From: Heptranchias perlo
Lineage: Eukaryota
DNA length: 64,000 bases
Assembly (NCBI RefSeq): GCF_035084215.1
Contig: NC_090331.1
Span: forward strand, 74,400,001 to 74,464,000
Direction of reading: 5' to 3'
Shown: positions 14,048 through 24,683 of the stretch, in pieces
How positions within the stretch are numbered: the first letter of the stretch is position 1
Layout: the number at the start of each line of letters is the position of its first letter
Position numbers and translations under genes: made by a program
The notes under the pieces: generated by a model
The model's input: only the letters and a program-made list of their open reading frames with translations
Database searches by the model: none
Told to the model about the DNA's origin: nothing

Positions 14048-14215
14048 GACATAGGGTTACATAGAATCTACAGCACAGAAACAGGCCATTCAGCCCAAGT
14101 GGTCGATGTCAATGCTGATACTCCACACAAGCTTCCTCCCACTCTAATTACCCCTTCCACCCAGCCCCCGTATCCCTCTATTCCTTTCTCCCTCAGGTTT
14201 GCATCAAGCATCCCC
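14048..14215 (-). mobile_element. CR1 3' tail fragment
   Basis: acatagggttacatagaatctacagcacagaaacaggccattcagccc is the reverse of the CR1 tail. Confidence 0.7.
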
Positions 14216-15587
14216 TTTGCGTGCAGTGTACAGCATACAATGTACAGTGACTGATGCCAAAAGTGCTGAACTGGTACGGAGAAATGTTAGCAAGACTGCA
14301 GTAAATAGGCTACAGAAGTGAAAAGCACAAGGTTATGCAAATTATATTATACATGCCATGTTGAGACAAAGAATGTACTTCAGCAAGGAATTTTCATGGG
14401 CCAGACGACCATCGCAGTCACCAATGTTTAAAGGCAAAACTGCAAATCATCACAGATGACAACATGGGGTATGTGGTGGACCCTCCAGACCATAAACCAT
14501 GAAGACCTGATAAACATGCCATTATAGGCCTGTTCAGCAGGGAGAGCTTGAAAGGTGCAGGTTCACTGGTGGTTAAAGGAAAATGCAGAACTCCTAGGTG
14601 CAATGTTATTTAGAAATTCTATGATTTGCATATGTTACAATAATACACAAAGATTGTGTACAAAAAGGGAGATGCAGAGGGAACAGACCTCAGTTAGTCT
14701 GATTTCACACAGAGGCTGCACCAATATTCTCAAGTCACTGTCTCTCTGCACTGGACAGAGGAAGATGTTCTGGCTAGGTTGGAGAAATTCAACACCCAGG
14801 TACATACTGTTGCCTCCCACAAGTGAATCAAGTGTTAACGGCATTGCAGTCAGCCATTGATCATATGGCAACAGATGGAACTTCAGTTACATAGGCCATT
14901 GGCAACGTAGGAGCATTTCTCCTGAACACTCCCAATACTACAATGTGACATCCAAACTCTCAAGAAGCAGTCATGGCTAGCTTCAACTCACTTGGTAAAT
15001 GGTTACAGGCAACCATGAAGGAATTATTCTAAAACAATTAGCGGATGCAGTAGGGTTAGTCGCAGATAAAGGTAGAAGGCCTTCTGTATCCCATACGTCC
15101 CACCACTTAACTGGGCACAACATGCCAATGCTATTCCAACTTGGGAAGCACTTGGTAATACAGCACACATAGAACCATAATGGAGAAGTTCACAAGAGGC
15201 AAACATACACCTGTAAAACATGAACTATATTCATCACTAGCACTGTACAATTAAATCAAATGAACTGTTGGCAAGTCTTGTGATTCTTTCATTGTGCAGG
15301 AAGGAATGTATCAAATGCCCAAAAGGCAAACAAATGGCTGACTCCTGACCGTGCTTATGTGAACGTCACTAGAATTCTTTATTAAAATCTCATTTTCTTA
15401 AACTGGTGTGATATGCAAGAAACACCATTCTCTCCAGATGCTTCATCGGGATCTAATCCACATTCCTAATAGCTTGCATACTGTGGATTCAACCTTGTGA
15501 GCTGACTTTAATGTAATAGCAAAATTTTAATATAAATTAACCTTACAAACACCTAGGCCTAATAGTCAAAAATCTAACCGGAAGAAA

Positions 15588-16012
15588 GAAAGAACTTGCA
15601 TTTATATACCTTTCATGAGTTCAGGATGTCCCAATGTGTTTCTCAGCCAATGAAGTACTTTTGAAGTGTAGTCACTGTTATAATGTAGGAAAATGCAGCA
15701 ATTTGTGCAGAGCAAGGTCCCACAAACACTAATGGGTAAATGACCGGATAACATTTTAGTGATGTTGGTTGAGGGATAAATATTGGCTGGGACACTGGGT
15801 GAACTTCCCTGCTCTACTTTGAAAAGTGCCATCGGATCTTTTACATTCACCTGAAAGGGCAGATCGGGCTTTAGTTTACCATTTCATCCAAAACACTCCC
15901 TCAGTACTTTAGTGAACTGTCAGACTGGATTATATGCTCAAGTCTCTGGAGTGGGGCTTGAACCCATGACCTTCTGACTTAGAGGCCTGTGCTACCACTG
16001 AGCCAAGGCTGT
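15588..16012 (-). mobile_element. tRNA-derived Deu-domain SINE (SacSINE1/AmnSINE1-like)
   Basis: Reverse strand: ggctcagtggtagcac (A box), gggttcaagcccc (B box), Deu-like core gtaaaagatcc.atggcact..aatatttatccctcaaccaacatcac and an L2-like tail. Confidence 0.85.
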
Positions 16013-16017
16013 CCCCT

Positions 16018-16805
16018 TGGGTCTGCAAAGGGATATCGATGGGTTAAGTGAGTGGGCAAGAAGGTGGCAGATGGAGTATAATGTGGGGAAATGTGAGGTT
16101 TGGTAGGAAAAATTGAATATTTTTTAAATGGTGAGAAACTATTAAATCTTGGTGTCTAGAGAGACTTGGGTGTCCTGATACAAGAAACACAAAAAATTAG
16201 CATGCAGGTACAGCAGGAAATTAGGAAAGCAAATGGCATTTTGGCCTTTATTGAAAGGGGGTTGGAGCACAAGAGTAAGGAAGTCTTACTACAATTGTAC
16301 AGGGCTTTGGTGAGACATCACCTGAAGTACTGTGTACAGTTTTGGTCTCCTTATCTAAGGAAGGATACACTTGCCTTAGAGGTGGTGCATCGAAGGTTCA
16401 CTAGATTAATTCCTGGGATGAAAGGGTTGTCCAAGAGGAGAGGTTGAGTAGAATGGACCTATACTCTCGAGTTTAGAAGAAGGAGAGGTGATCTCATTGA
16501 AACATATAAGATTCTGAGGGGGCTTGACTGGGTAGGTGCTGTTAGGTTGTTTCCCCTGGCTGGAGAGTCTAGAACTAGAGGGCAAAGTCGCAGGATAAGG
16601 GGCCGGCCATTTAAGACTAAGATAAAGAAGAATTTCTTCACTCAGAGGTTTGTGAATCTTTGGAATTCTCTACCCCAGAGGGCTGAGTCGTTGAGTATAT
16701 TCAAGGCTGAGATAGATGTATTTTTGGACTCTGGGGAATCAAGGGATGTGGGGATCGGGCAGGAAAGACAAGTTGAGGTCGAAGATCAGCCATGATCTGA
16801 TTGAA
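16018..16805 (+). mobile_element. Older 5'-truncated CR1 acting as insertion host; its last ~60 bp lie at 21558-21620
   Basis: ORFs 16166-16447 and 16547-16795; the tail gatcagccatgatctgattgaa continues as tggcagagcaggctcgagggg..ttcttatgttctt after 21557. Confidence 0.92.
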
Positions 16806-17048
16806 GCACTCGGAGCGGAGCTACAGGCGGGAGCGGACCTAGGAGAGAGCGCGGGACTCGGAGACTACTAAAGGCCCAGGCTCGAGGGCCTACCCGCACT
16901 CGGAGCGGAGCTACAGGCGGGAGCGGACCTAGGAGAGAGCGCGGGACTCGGAGACTACTAAAGGCCCAGGCTCGAGGGCCTACCTGCACTCGGAGCGGAG
17001 CTACAGGCGGGAGCGGACCTAGGAGAGAGCGCGGGACTCGGAGACTAC
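16806..17048 (+). repeat. 90-bp CpG-rich tandem monomer array (about 2.7 copies) at the CR1 5' end
   Basis: Unit gcactcggagcggagctacaggcgggagcggacctaggagagagcgcgggactcggagactac.. starts at 16806, 16896 and 16986; copies nearly identical. Confidence 0.97.
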
Positions 17049-17074
17049 AGAGAGGCAATCGGTGAAAAAAACAA

Positions 17075-17450
17075 GGATTGACGTCACAGGACAGCGGGTA
17101 GGTGATTGGCGAGTCGATAAAGGGAGCAGCGGAGGCCTGAGGTGAGTAATTAAGCTCACCTACGTGAGTCGTTTTCCCCAGCGGGGAAGGAGCTTCGCGG
17201 GCTTTTTCAAAGGCAGGGGGCGGGGCCAATTCATTGGTACCCGTATATAGGTGGAGCGGTTGCTAAACTCGAGACACTACACTAGTAGTGACTCCCACCC
17301 TCCCACCTCCTCTAACCTTTTGGGGGGTAGGTTCGATTTTATATTTTGTTTTCAGGGACTTAACTCCTGGACCAAAGATAAATAAGAAGCAAAAAGTAAT
17401 CCAAAGTGGGACGTCACCAAGGAAGAGGTAAGTGATTGGTTGGTGAGTAT
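17075..17450 (+). promoter_or_regulatory. Putative internal Pol II promoter of the CR1 5' UTR
   Basis: TGACGTCA 17079-17086, ATTGG 17105-17109, GC box ggggcgggg 17217-17225, CCAAT 17226-17230, TATATA 17244-17249, second GACGTCAC..GATTGG module 17410-17439. Confidence 0.6.
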
Positions 17451-17610
17451 TTTCCTGCTGAATTTGTCTAAGGTTAGAGTTTGTGGATTCGAGGGTCTCT
17501 GTTGTGTAGTGGGGGACTGCTGTTCAGCAAGGGCCCTTGAGTATACCTTTTAATTGAAGTGAAATTGGTGGGATTCATTTAATTTGAATTAATTAGTTAA
17601 AGGGTAAGTC

Positions 17611-18561
17611 ATGTCAGGACAGCCCAGCCTCGTGTTATGCTCTTCCTGCTCTATGTGGGAAATCAGGGACCCTTCCGGTGTCCCTGACGACCATGTTTGC
17701 GGGAAATGTATCCAGCTGCAGCTACTGACAAACCGCATTGCGGCACTGGAGCTGCGGATGGATTCATTATGGAGCATTCGCGATGCTGAAAACGTCGTGG
17801 ATAGCACGTTTAGTGAGATGGTCACACCGCAGGTAAAGGTTGTACAGGCAGGAAGTAAGTGGGTGACCTCCAGGCAGAGTAAGAGGAGCAGGCAGGCAGT
17901 GCAGGGGTCCCCTGTGGCCGTCCCCCTCTCAAACAAATATACCGCTTTGGATATTGTTGAGGGGGATGACTTATCAGGGGAGGGCAGCAGCAGCCAACTT
18001 CCTGGCACCAGGGGTAGCTCTGCTGCACAGGCTGGGAGGAAAAAGAGTGGAAGAGCTATAGTGGTAGGGGATTCTATCGTAAGGGGAACAGACAGGCGTT
18101 TCTGTGGCCTTAAACGTGACTCCAGGATGGTTTGTTGCCTCCCTGGTGCCAGGGTCATGGATGTCACTGAGCGGCTTCAGGGCATTCTCAAGGGGGAGGG
18201 TGAGCAGGCAGAGGTCGTGGTCCACATTGGGACCAACGACATAGGTAGGAAGGGAGATGAGGTCCTGCATCAAGAATTTAGGGAGCTAGGTAGCAGATTA
18301 AAGAGCAGGACCTCAAAGGTTGTAATCTCTGGATTACTCCCAGTGCCACGGGCTAGTGAGTATAGAAATAGGAGGATAGAACAGATGAATGCGTGGCTAA
18401 AGAGTTGGTGCAGGAGGGAGGGTTTCAGTTTCCTGGATCACTGGGCCTGCTTCTGGGGAAGGTGGGACTTGTACAAGTCGGACGGGTTGCACCTGAACCA
18501 GAGCGGGACAAATATCCTTGCGGGGAGGTTTGCTAGCACTGTTGCGGGGGGTTTAAACTAA
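17611..18561 (+). CDS. CR1 ORF1p: zinc finger + leucine zipper + SGNH/GDSL esterase domain (316 aa, intact)
   Basis: CSSC..CGKC, heptad leucines (LLTNRIAALELRMDSL), SGNH blocks GDS, PGA, HIGTND and DGLHLN. Confidence 0.95.
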   Translation: MSGQPSLVLCSSCSMWEIRDPSGVPDDHVCGKCIQLQLLTNRIAALELRMDSLWSIRDAENVVDSTFSEMVTPQVKVVQAGSKWVTSRQSKRSRQAVQGSPVAVPLSNKYTALDIVEGDDLSGEGSSSQLPGTRGSSAAQAGRKKSGRAIVVGDSIVRGTDRRFCGLKRDSRMVCCLPGARVMDVTERLQGILKGEGEQAEVVVHIGTNDIGRKGDEVLHQEFRELGSRLKSRTSKVVISGLLPVPRASEYRNRRIEQMNAWLKSWCRREGFSFLDHWACFWGRWDLYKSDGLHLNQSGTNILAGRFASTVAGGLN

Positions 18562-21475
18562 CTTGGCAGGGGGATGGGATACAGAGTGGAGCTACAATAG
18601 GGGGTGATGTGCAGCCAAATATTGAGAAAAAAACAAGTCAGCTTGGAAGACAGGGCAAATATGTAAGAGCAAGGCTGGATGGCATCTATTTTAATGCAAG
18701 GAGTCTTGCAAATAAGGTGGATGAACTGAAGGTGTTGATAAACACATGGGAGTATGATATTGTTGCTGTCACAGAGACATGGTTGAGGGAGGGGCAAGAC
18801 TGGCAGCTCAATATTCCGGGGTACAGAATCTTCAGGCAAGACAGAGGGGGAGGTATAAGAGGAGGGGGGGTCGCAATATTAATTAAAGAATCAATTACTG
18901 CCATAAGGAGGGATGATATATTAGCAGGTTCCTCAAATGAGGCCATATGGGTGGAGCTTAAAAACAAAAAGGGGGCAAGCACTTTGATGGGAGTGTACTA
19001 TAGACCCCCAGTCAGGGGGAGATAGAGGAACAGATATGTAGGCAAATCTCAGAAAATTGTGCAAATAATAGGGTAATAATAGTGGGGGATTTCAACTTCC
19101 CCAATATTAACTGGGATACTCAGAGTGTAAAATGCTTAGAGGGTACAAAATTCTTAACGTGCATCCAGGAGAGCTTTTTGAGCCAGCATGTAGAAAGTCC
19201 TACAAGAGAGGGGGCGGTACTGGACCTAATTCTAGGGAATGTGGCCGGCCAAGTGGAAGAAGTGCTAGTAGGTGAGCACTTTGGTGACAGTGACCATAAT
19301 TCAGTGAGATTTAAGGTGGTCATGGAAAAGGACAGGGAGGGGCCGGAAATAAAGGTTCTAAATTGGGGGAAGGCCGATTTTAATAGGATAAGGCAGGATC
19401 TGGCCAAAATGGACTGGGATCAGCTGCTTGTAGGAAAATCCGCATCGGAGCAATGGGAGTCTTTCAGAAGGGAGATTGAGACCATACAATGGCAACATGT
19501 TCCCGTAAAGGTCAAGGGTAGTTCCAAGAACTCCAGGGAACCTTGGATGTCAGGGGATATACGAGAATGGATCAGGAAAAAAAGGAGGGCTTTTGGCAGA
19601 TACAAAAGGCTAAGGACGGAGGAAGCCCTAGAGGAGTACAAAAAGTGCAGGGGGATACTTAAAAAGGAAATTAGGAGATCAAGGAGGAGCCATGAAAAAA
19701 CACTGGCGAGCAAAATAAAGGAAAATCCTAAGATGTTTTATAAGTATATTAAGGGTAAGAGGATAACTAGGGAAAAAATAGGGCCCATTAGGGACAAAAA
19801 TGGCAATCTGTGTGTGGAGCCGGCAGATGTAGGAGGGGTTCTAAATGAATTTTTTGCATCTGTTTTCACTGTGGAGAAGGACGACGTAGACATAGAAATA
19901 CGGCAGGGGGACTGTGATATACTCGAACATATTAACATCGAGCGGGAGGAGGTATTGGCGGTTTTAGCATGCCTAAAAATGGATAAATCCCCAGGCCCGG
20001 ACGAAATGTATCCCAGGCTACTGTGTGAGGCAAAGGAGGAGATTGCGGGGGCTCTAACACATATATTCAGAACCTCTCTGGCCACAGGGGATGTGCCAGA
20101 GGACTGGAGAACCGCTAATGTAGTACCATTATTCAAGAAGGGGAGTAGGGAAAAACCGGGGAATTACCGGCCAGTGAGCCTAACATCAGTGGTAGGAAAA
20201 TTATTGGAAAAAATTCTGAAGGACAAAATTAGTCTCCACTTGGAGAAGCAAGGATTAATCAGGGATAGTCAACATGGCTTTGTCAAGGGAAGATCATGTC
20301 TGACAAATTTGATTGAATTTTTTGAGGGGGTGACTAGGCGTGTGGATGAGGGTAACGCAGTGGATGTGGTATACATGGATTTCAGTAAGGCCTTCGATAA
20401 AGTCCCGCACAGGAGACTGGTCAAGAAGGTACGAGCCCATGGAATCCAGGGTGCCTTGGCACTTTGGATACAAAACTGGCTTAGTGGCAGAAGGCAGAGG
20501 GTGATGGTCGAAGTTTGTTTTTGTGACTGGAAGCCTGTGGCCAGTGGGGTACCACAGGGATCTGTGCTGGGGCCCTTGCTGTTTGTGGTCTACATTAATG
20601 ACTTGGATATGAATGTAAAAGGTATGATCAGTAAGTTCGCTGATGATACAAAAATTGGTAGGGTGGTAAATAGCGAGGAGGATAGCCTCAGTCTGCAGGA
20701 CGATATAGATGGGTTGGTCAGATGGGCGGAACAGTGGCAAATGGAATTTAACCCGGAAAAGTGCGAGGTGATGCACTTTGGAGGGACTAACAAGGCAAGG
20801 GAATACACAATGAATGGGAAGACCCTTGGCAAGACAGAGGGTCAGAGGGATCTTGGTGTGCAAGTTCACAGATCCCTGAAGGCGGCGGAACAGGTAGATA
20901 AGGTGGTAAAGAAGGCATATGGGATACTAGCCTTTATTAGCCGAGGCATAGAATATAAGAGCAAGGAGGTTATGATGGAGCTGTATAAAACACTGGTTAG
21001 GCCACAGCTGGAGTACTGTGTGCTGTTCTGGTCGCCGCACTACAGGAAGGATGTGATCGCTTTGGAGAGGGTGCAGAGGAGATTCACCAGGATGTTACCA
21101 GGGCTGGAGCGCTTCAGCTATGAAGAGAGAGTGGGAAGATTGGGTTTGTTTTCCTTGGAGCAGAGGAGGCTGAGGGGGGACATGATTGAGGTGTACAAAA
21201 TTATGAGGGGCATAGATAGGATGGATACTAAGGAGCTTTTTCCCTTCGTTGAGTGTTCTATAACAAGGGGGCATAGATTGAAGGTAAAAGGCGGGAGTTT
21301 TAGAGGGGATTTGAGAAAGAACTTTTTCACCCAGAGGGTGGTTGGAGTCTGGAACTCACTGCGTGAAAGGGTTGTGGAGGCAGGAACCCTCACAACATTC
21401 AAGAAGCATTTGGATGAGCACTTGAAATGCCATAGCATACAAGGCTACGGACCAAATGCTGGAATATGGGAGTAG
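18552..21475 (+). CDS. CR1 ORF2p (APE endonuclease + reverse transcriptase), one frameshift near 19010; no AUG start (see findings)
   Basis: Endonuclease motifs NARS, TETW, GGV, YRPP, GDFN, LDL, SDH; RT motifs YRPVSLTS, DFSKAFDKV, GVPQGSVLGP, FADD; ORF track segments 18609-19025 and 19082-21475. Confidence 0.93.
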
Positions 21476-21789
21476 ATTAGACTGGGCTTGATGGCCGGCG
21501 CGGACACGATGGGCCGAAGGGCCTCTATCCGTGCTGTATAACTCTATGACTCTATGAATGGCAGAGCAGGCTCGAGGGGCTGTATGACCCTATTCCTGCT
21601 CCTATTTCTTATGTTCTTAAGAGACCTACAAACACAATAGTCTTGCTGCCTTTAATAATTATAAATATTTAACTTATAAAAATATAATTTTATGCTGATC
21701 TTATAAATATTTACATTAAAAAAAGTTAACGTACGTCTGGAATGAGTCCTTTGTGTTACCTTTAGTTTAGTGACATTACGCTGATAACG

Positions 21790-22140
21790 TCAAGTTTAAA
21801 ATTCTCATCCTCATGTTTAAATCCCTTGATGGTTTCACCCCTCCCTATCTCTCTCTCTGTCGCCTCCTCCAACCCCCACCCCCCGAACCTTCCATTCCTC
21901 CAACTCTGGCTTCTTGTGTATCCCCCCACTTCGTTCCACTGTTGGCAGCTGTGTCTTCAACCACCTAGTCCCCACAGTCTGGAATTCCCTCATCTGCCTT
22001 TCCAACCTCTCTTCTCCTTTAAGACACTCCTTAAAACCTACCCCTTTGCCCTCTTACGATCCCCTTCTCTGGCTCAGCTTCCTTTTTTTTGATTATGCCT
22101 CTGTCAAGTGTCTTGGCATGTTTTTTGACATTAAAATGAA
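21790..22140 (+). mobile_element. L2-type LINE 3' end, decayed
   Basis: tttaaaattctcatcctcatgtttaaatccc..ctttaagacactccttaaaacctac. Confidence 0.75.
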
Positions 22141-22929
22141 GTTTTCTTGCCCAATGCACCAAAATCATGCTGACAATTGGCAATTGAAGTACGAAAAAAA
22201 GTGATGAAGACAGACGATTGTCAACCTGATTTCGGAGCAGTACAACTTCATCATAAAAATATCATAACCGTGATATCACCAAATTAATCTGCTGCACCCG
22301 GTGTAAGTTGAGATAAATATTTATTTAGGCACCAGGACCAAAGTACTCTAGGGTAAATTTCTGTGGGAGGGAGATTCTTCCGCTTGTCCACTGTAACCTT
22401 GACAGAAGAGCCACGGAAACCCATTGTTTTCCCCGGGGTTTCTGCCGCTCTTGTGGGAATTCATGCCTATATCTCTATTTTATGATTATGCCTCTGAACT
22501 TTCCTCTCTTACTTCTAAGTTCCAAACATACAATCCTTCAAGCCGTTTCTCCTCTTTCTAAACTCACTGTTGAAATCAAGAGTCAGTGCACAGTCTCCTA
22601 CTCTAAATCATTCTTTCTTAAGGCCTCAAAATGATGGCACTCCTTTCCTCCCTCAGTCTTTCCTTCATCCTACAATCTACAGGCTTTAAAACCCATCACC
22701 TAACCACTTCTTCTTGATTTACCTCATCTTCGCTCACACATTCTTCAACTTCGGTGGTTTCCTGCACAATGGGTCTCGGCCCTTTACCTAGGTTTCCCAC
22801 TTTAAAATAACGCATTAGTCTAAAATTCCACAATTAGTCAGGGCCGCGCAAACATTACAGAAGGAATGTTTTTTTTGACCCAAGCAGACTACCACCAAAT
22901 AAGCAATATCTGATATAGGAAAAACTAAA

Positions 22930-23355
22930 GTGTCAGCTGTGGCTCAGTGGTAGCACTCTCACTTTTCAATCAGTAGCTCAAGCCCCACTCCAGAGATTTG
23001 TGCACAAAATCTAGGCTGTCACTCCAGTGCAGTACTGTGGGAGTGCTACACTGTCAGAGTCTTTTGGATGGGATATTAAACACCTGCTTTCTCAGGTGGC
23101 CGTAAAAGATCCCATGACACTATTCGAAGAAGAGCAAGGAGGTTCTCCCCGGTGTCCTAACCAATATTTATCCCTCAATCAACATCACTAAAAAAAAAGA
23201 TTATCTGGTCATTATCACATTGATATTTGTGGAACCTTGCAGTGCATAATTTGGCTGCCTCGTTTCCTACATTAACAGTGACTACACTTCAAAAGTACTT
23301 TATTGGCGGTAAAGCGCTTTGCGATGTCGTGAAAGGTGCTATATAAATGCAAATT
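22930..23355 (+). mobile_element. tRNA-derived Deu-domain SINE, near full length
   Basis: gtggctcagtggtagcactctc head; core gtaaaagatcccatgacactattcgaagaagagc..ccccggtgtcct..aatatttatccctcaa; tail aaggtgctatataaatgcaa. Confidence 0.88.
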
Positions 23356-24379
23356 TTTTCTTTTCTTTCTTTTTTAATGTCTACCTGCTAAATATTCTAT
23401 GCAAATTTGAATTCTATGCAAATAGGAAGTTTATTATTAATATGAATTACCTCTTACTGGTGAACTTACAAACAGTATTCAAAATCATATCCCTCCAATC
23501 TTAACCCAAAAATACAGGCTTTAAACGTCCCAAGTTATATTTTGATTGAGACTGAAGATAAATGCTTAAGCATTTAATTCTTCTCAATTCCTTCTAAAAC
23601 TTGAATTTGGCGTCAAATAAATTAAATTGATCAACTTGAAATTTAAATTCAGAGACCTTTGGTTGCTATAGAAACTATCTTGAAATAATATCTTTAAACA
23701 GAAACACACCCACAGACAACTTTGCAAACTCTCTACAATCCTTGTATTTTTAAAAAAGTTTTTATTTGCATTCTTTAGACAAATAAGAAAACTTTTAAAC
23801 CATTTCCTAACTGGTGGGGTAAGAATTCTGCGTGATATTGTAAATACATTTGTGAAGATTTACTCTGGTGTTTCTAGCGAAATTTATATCTTTGTTCTTT
23901 TAGAAAATGAAAGTGGAGGAAAATTTCACAAAACGCATTTACCATACGCTGCGTATATAACCAGGGGATTTCTTCCCACAATGGGTTCGTTATCAATGAA
24001 AAATCAGACACCAGAATGCAAAAAATACGAGAGGCCTTGCAGTTCTGTTAATGTCATGAATCTCACTCGTTTTAACAACATACATTATATCACTATATTA
24101 AAATCATGCATTAATATTAAATTTTAATGATTCTACATTTTAATAACACTCAATTTTAACGATCCCACACTTTTCTAAAAGTACATTTTCAATATCACAT
24201 TTTAATACCATGCATTGATAACATTATGTTTTAATACAATATCCACCTGCTAATAATATTTCCATATTTTAATTTAATAATTCCATACATTACCAATATT
24301 ATAGCAAGTCGTCACCAGGATGCAACTAAGTGCATAGTCGGAATGACATTTTAAACTGAGACAGACTTTACTTGAGGTC

Positions 24380-24560
24380 AGCAGGTCTCCGTATCCCTGA
24401 CGAACTGCGCTACCATACTGCCGCCGTGTTACTCACCCTCCCTCCCTGAGTTCTCTGACCCCCGCACCGCACCCTCACATGTCTCGGCTCAATACAGATC
24501 GTTATCTGTCTCGTCCCGCGGGGTCACAGCCTTCCACACACGCTAGGAAGAAATGATCAC
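24380..24560. promoter_or_regulatory. Small CpG-enriched unique patch, possible promoter/first exon (minus-strand donor GG|GTGAGT at 24436)
   Basis: Local excess of CpG next to a very AT-rich block (23350-24300); no repeat similarity recognised. Confidence 0.3.
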
Positions 24561-24683
24561 ATGCAACTGAGGGAATGTTTCAAATGGGCATCTGACCGCA
24601 TGATGTTCAGGCAGCAGACTGTGAACACAGAGCGAAAGATACAACAGATTATCAGTGTAGGACTTTGTCAACTGCTTCAATGT

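Larger units (their letters stand above)
16806..21557 (+). mobile_element. Essentially full-length CR1 non-LTR retrotransposon (about 4.75 kb)
   Basis: 5' UTR with tandem monomers, ORF1, APE endonuclease plus RT ORF2, 3' tail (ctctatga)n; both flanks rejoin to restore the host CR1 tail. Confidence 0.97.

Noticed and set aside
16786-17229. 147-aa minus-strand ORF over the monomer array as an ORF0-like gene
   Set aside because: Non-ATG start; openness is explained by GC-rich 90-bp repeats.
19000-19030. Frameshift inside ORF2 as a second programmed recoding site
   Set aside because: No X XXY YYZ heptamer in register, and a sister copy reads YRPPNS continuously; a small deletion or assembly error is simpler.
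17589-21438. Numerous antisense ORFs over the CR1 (e.g. 17589-18167, 20294-20869) as genes
   Set aside because: Shadow frames of LINE coding sequence that recur over every CR1 copy and show no independent motifs.
22201-22254. GTGATGA..CTGA as a box C/D snoRNA
   Set aside because: The C-to-D distance is too short and there is no proper terminal D box; only a 9-bp imperfect inverted repeat is present.
22935-22995. tRNA gene
   Set aside because: A/B-box-like head of a SINE; no complete cloverleaf.
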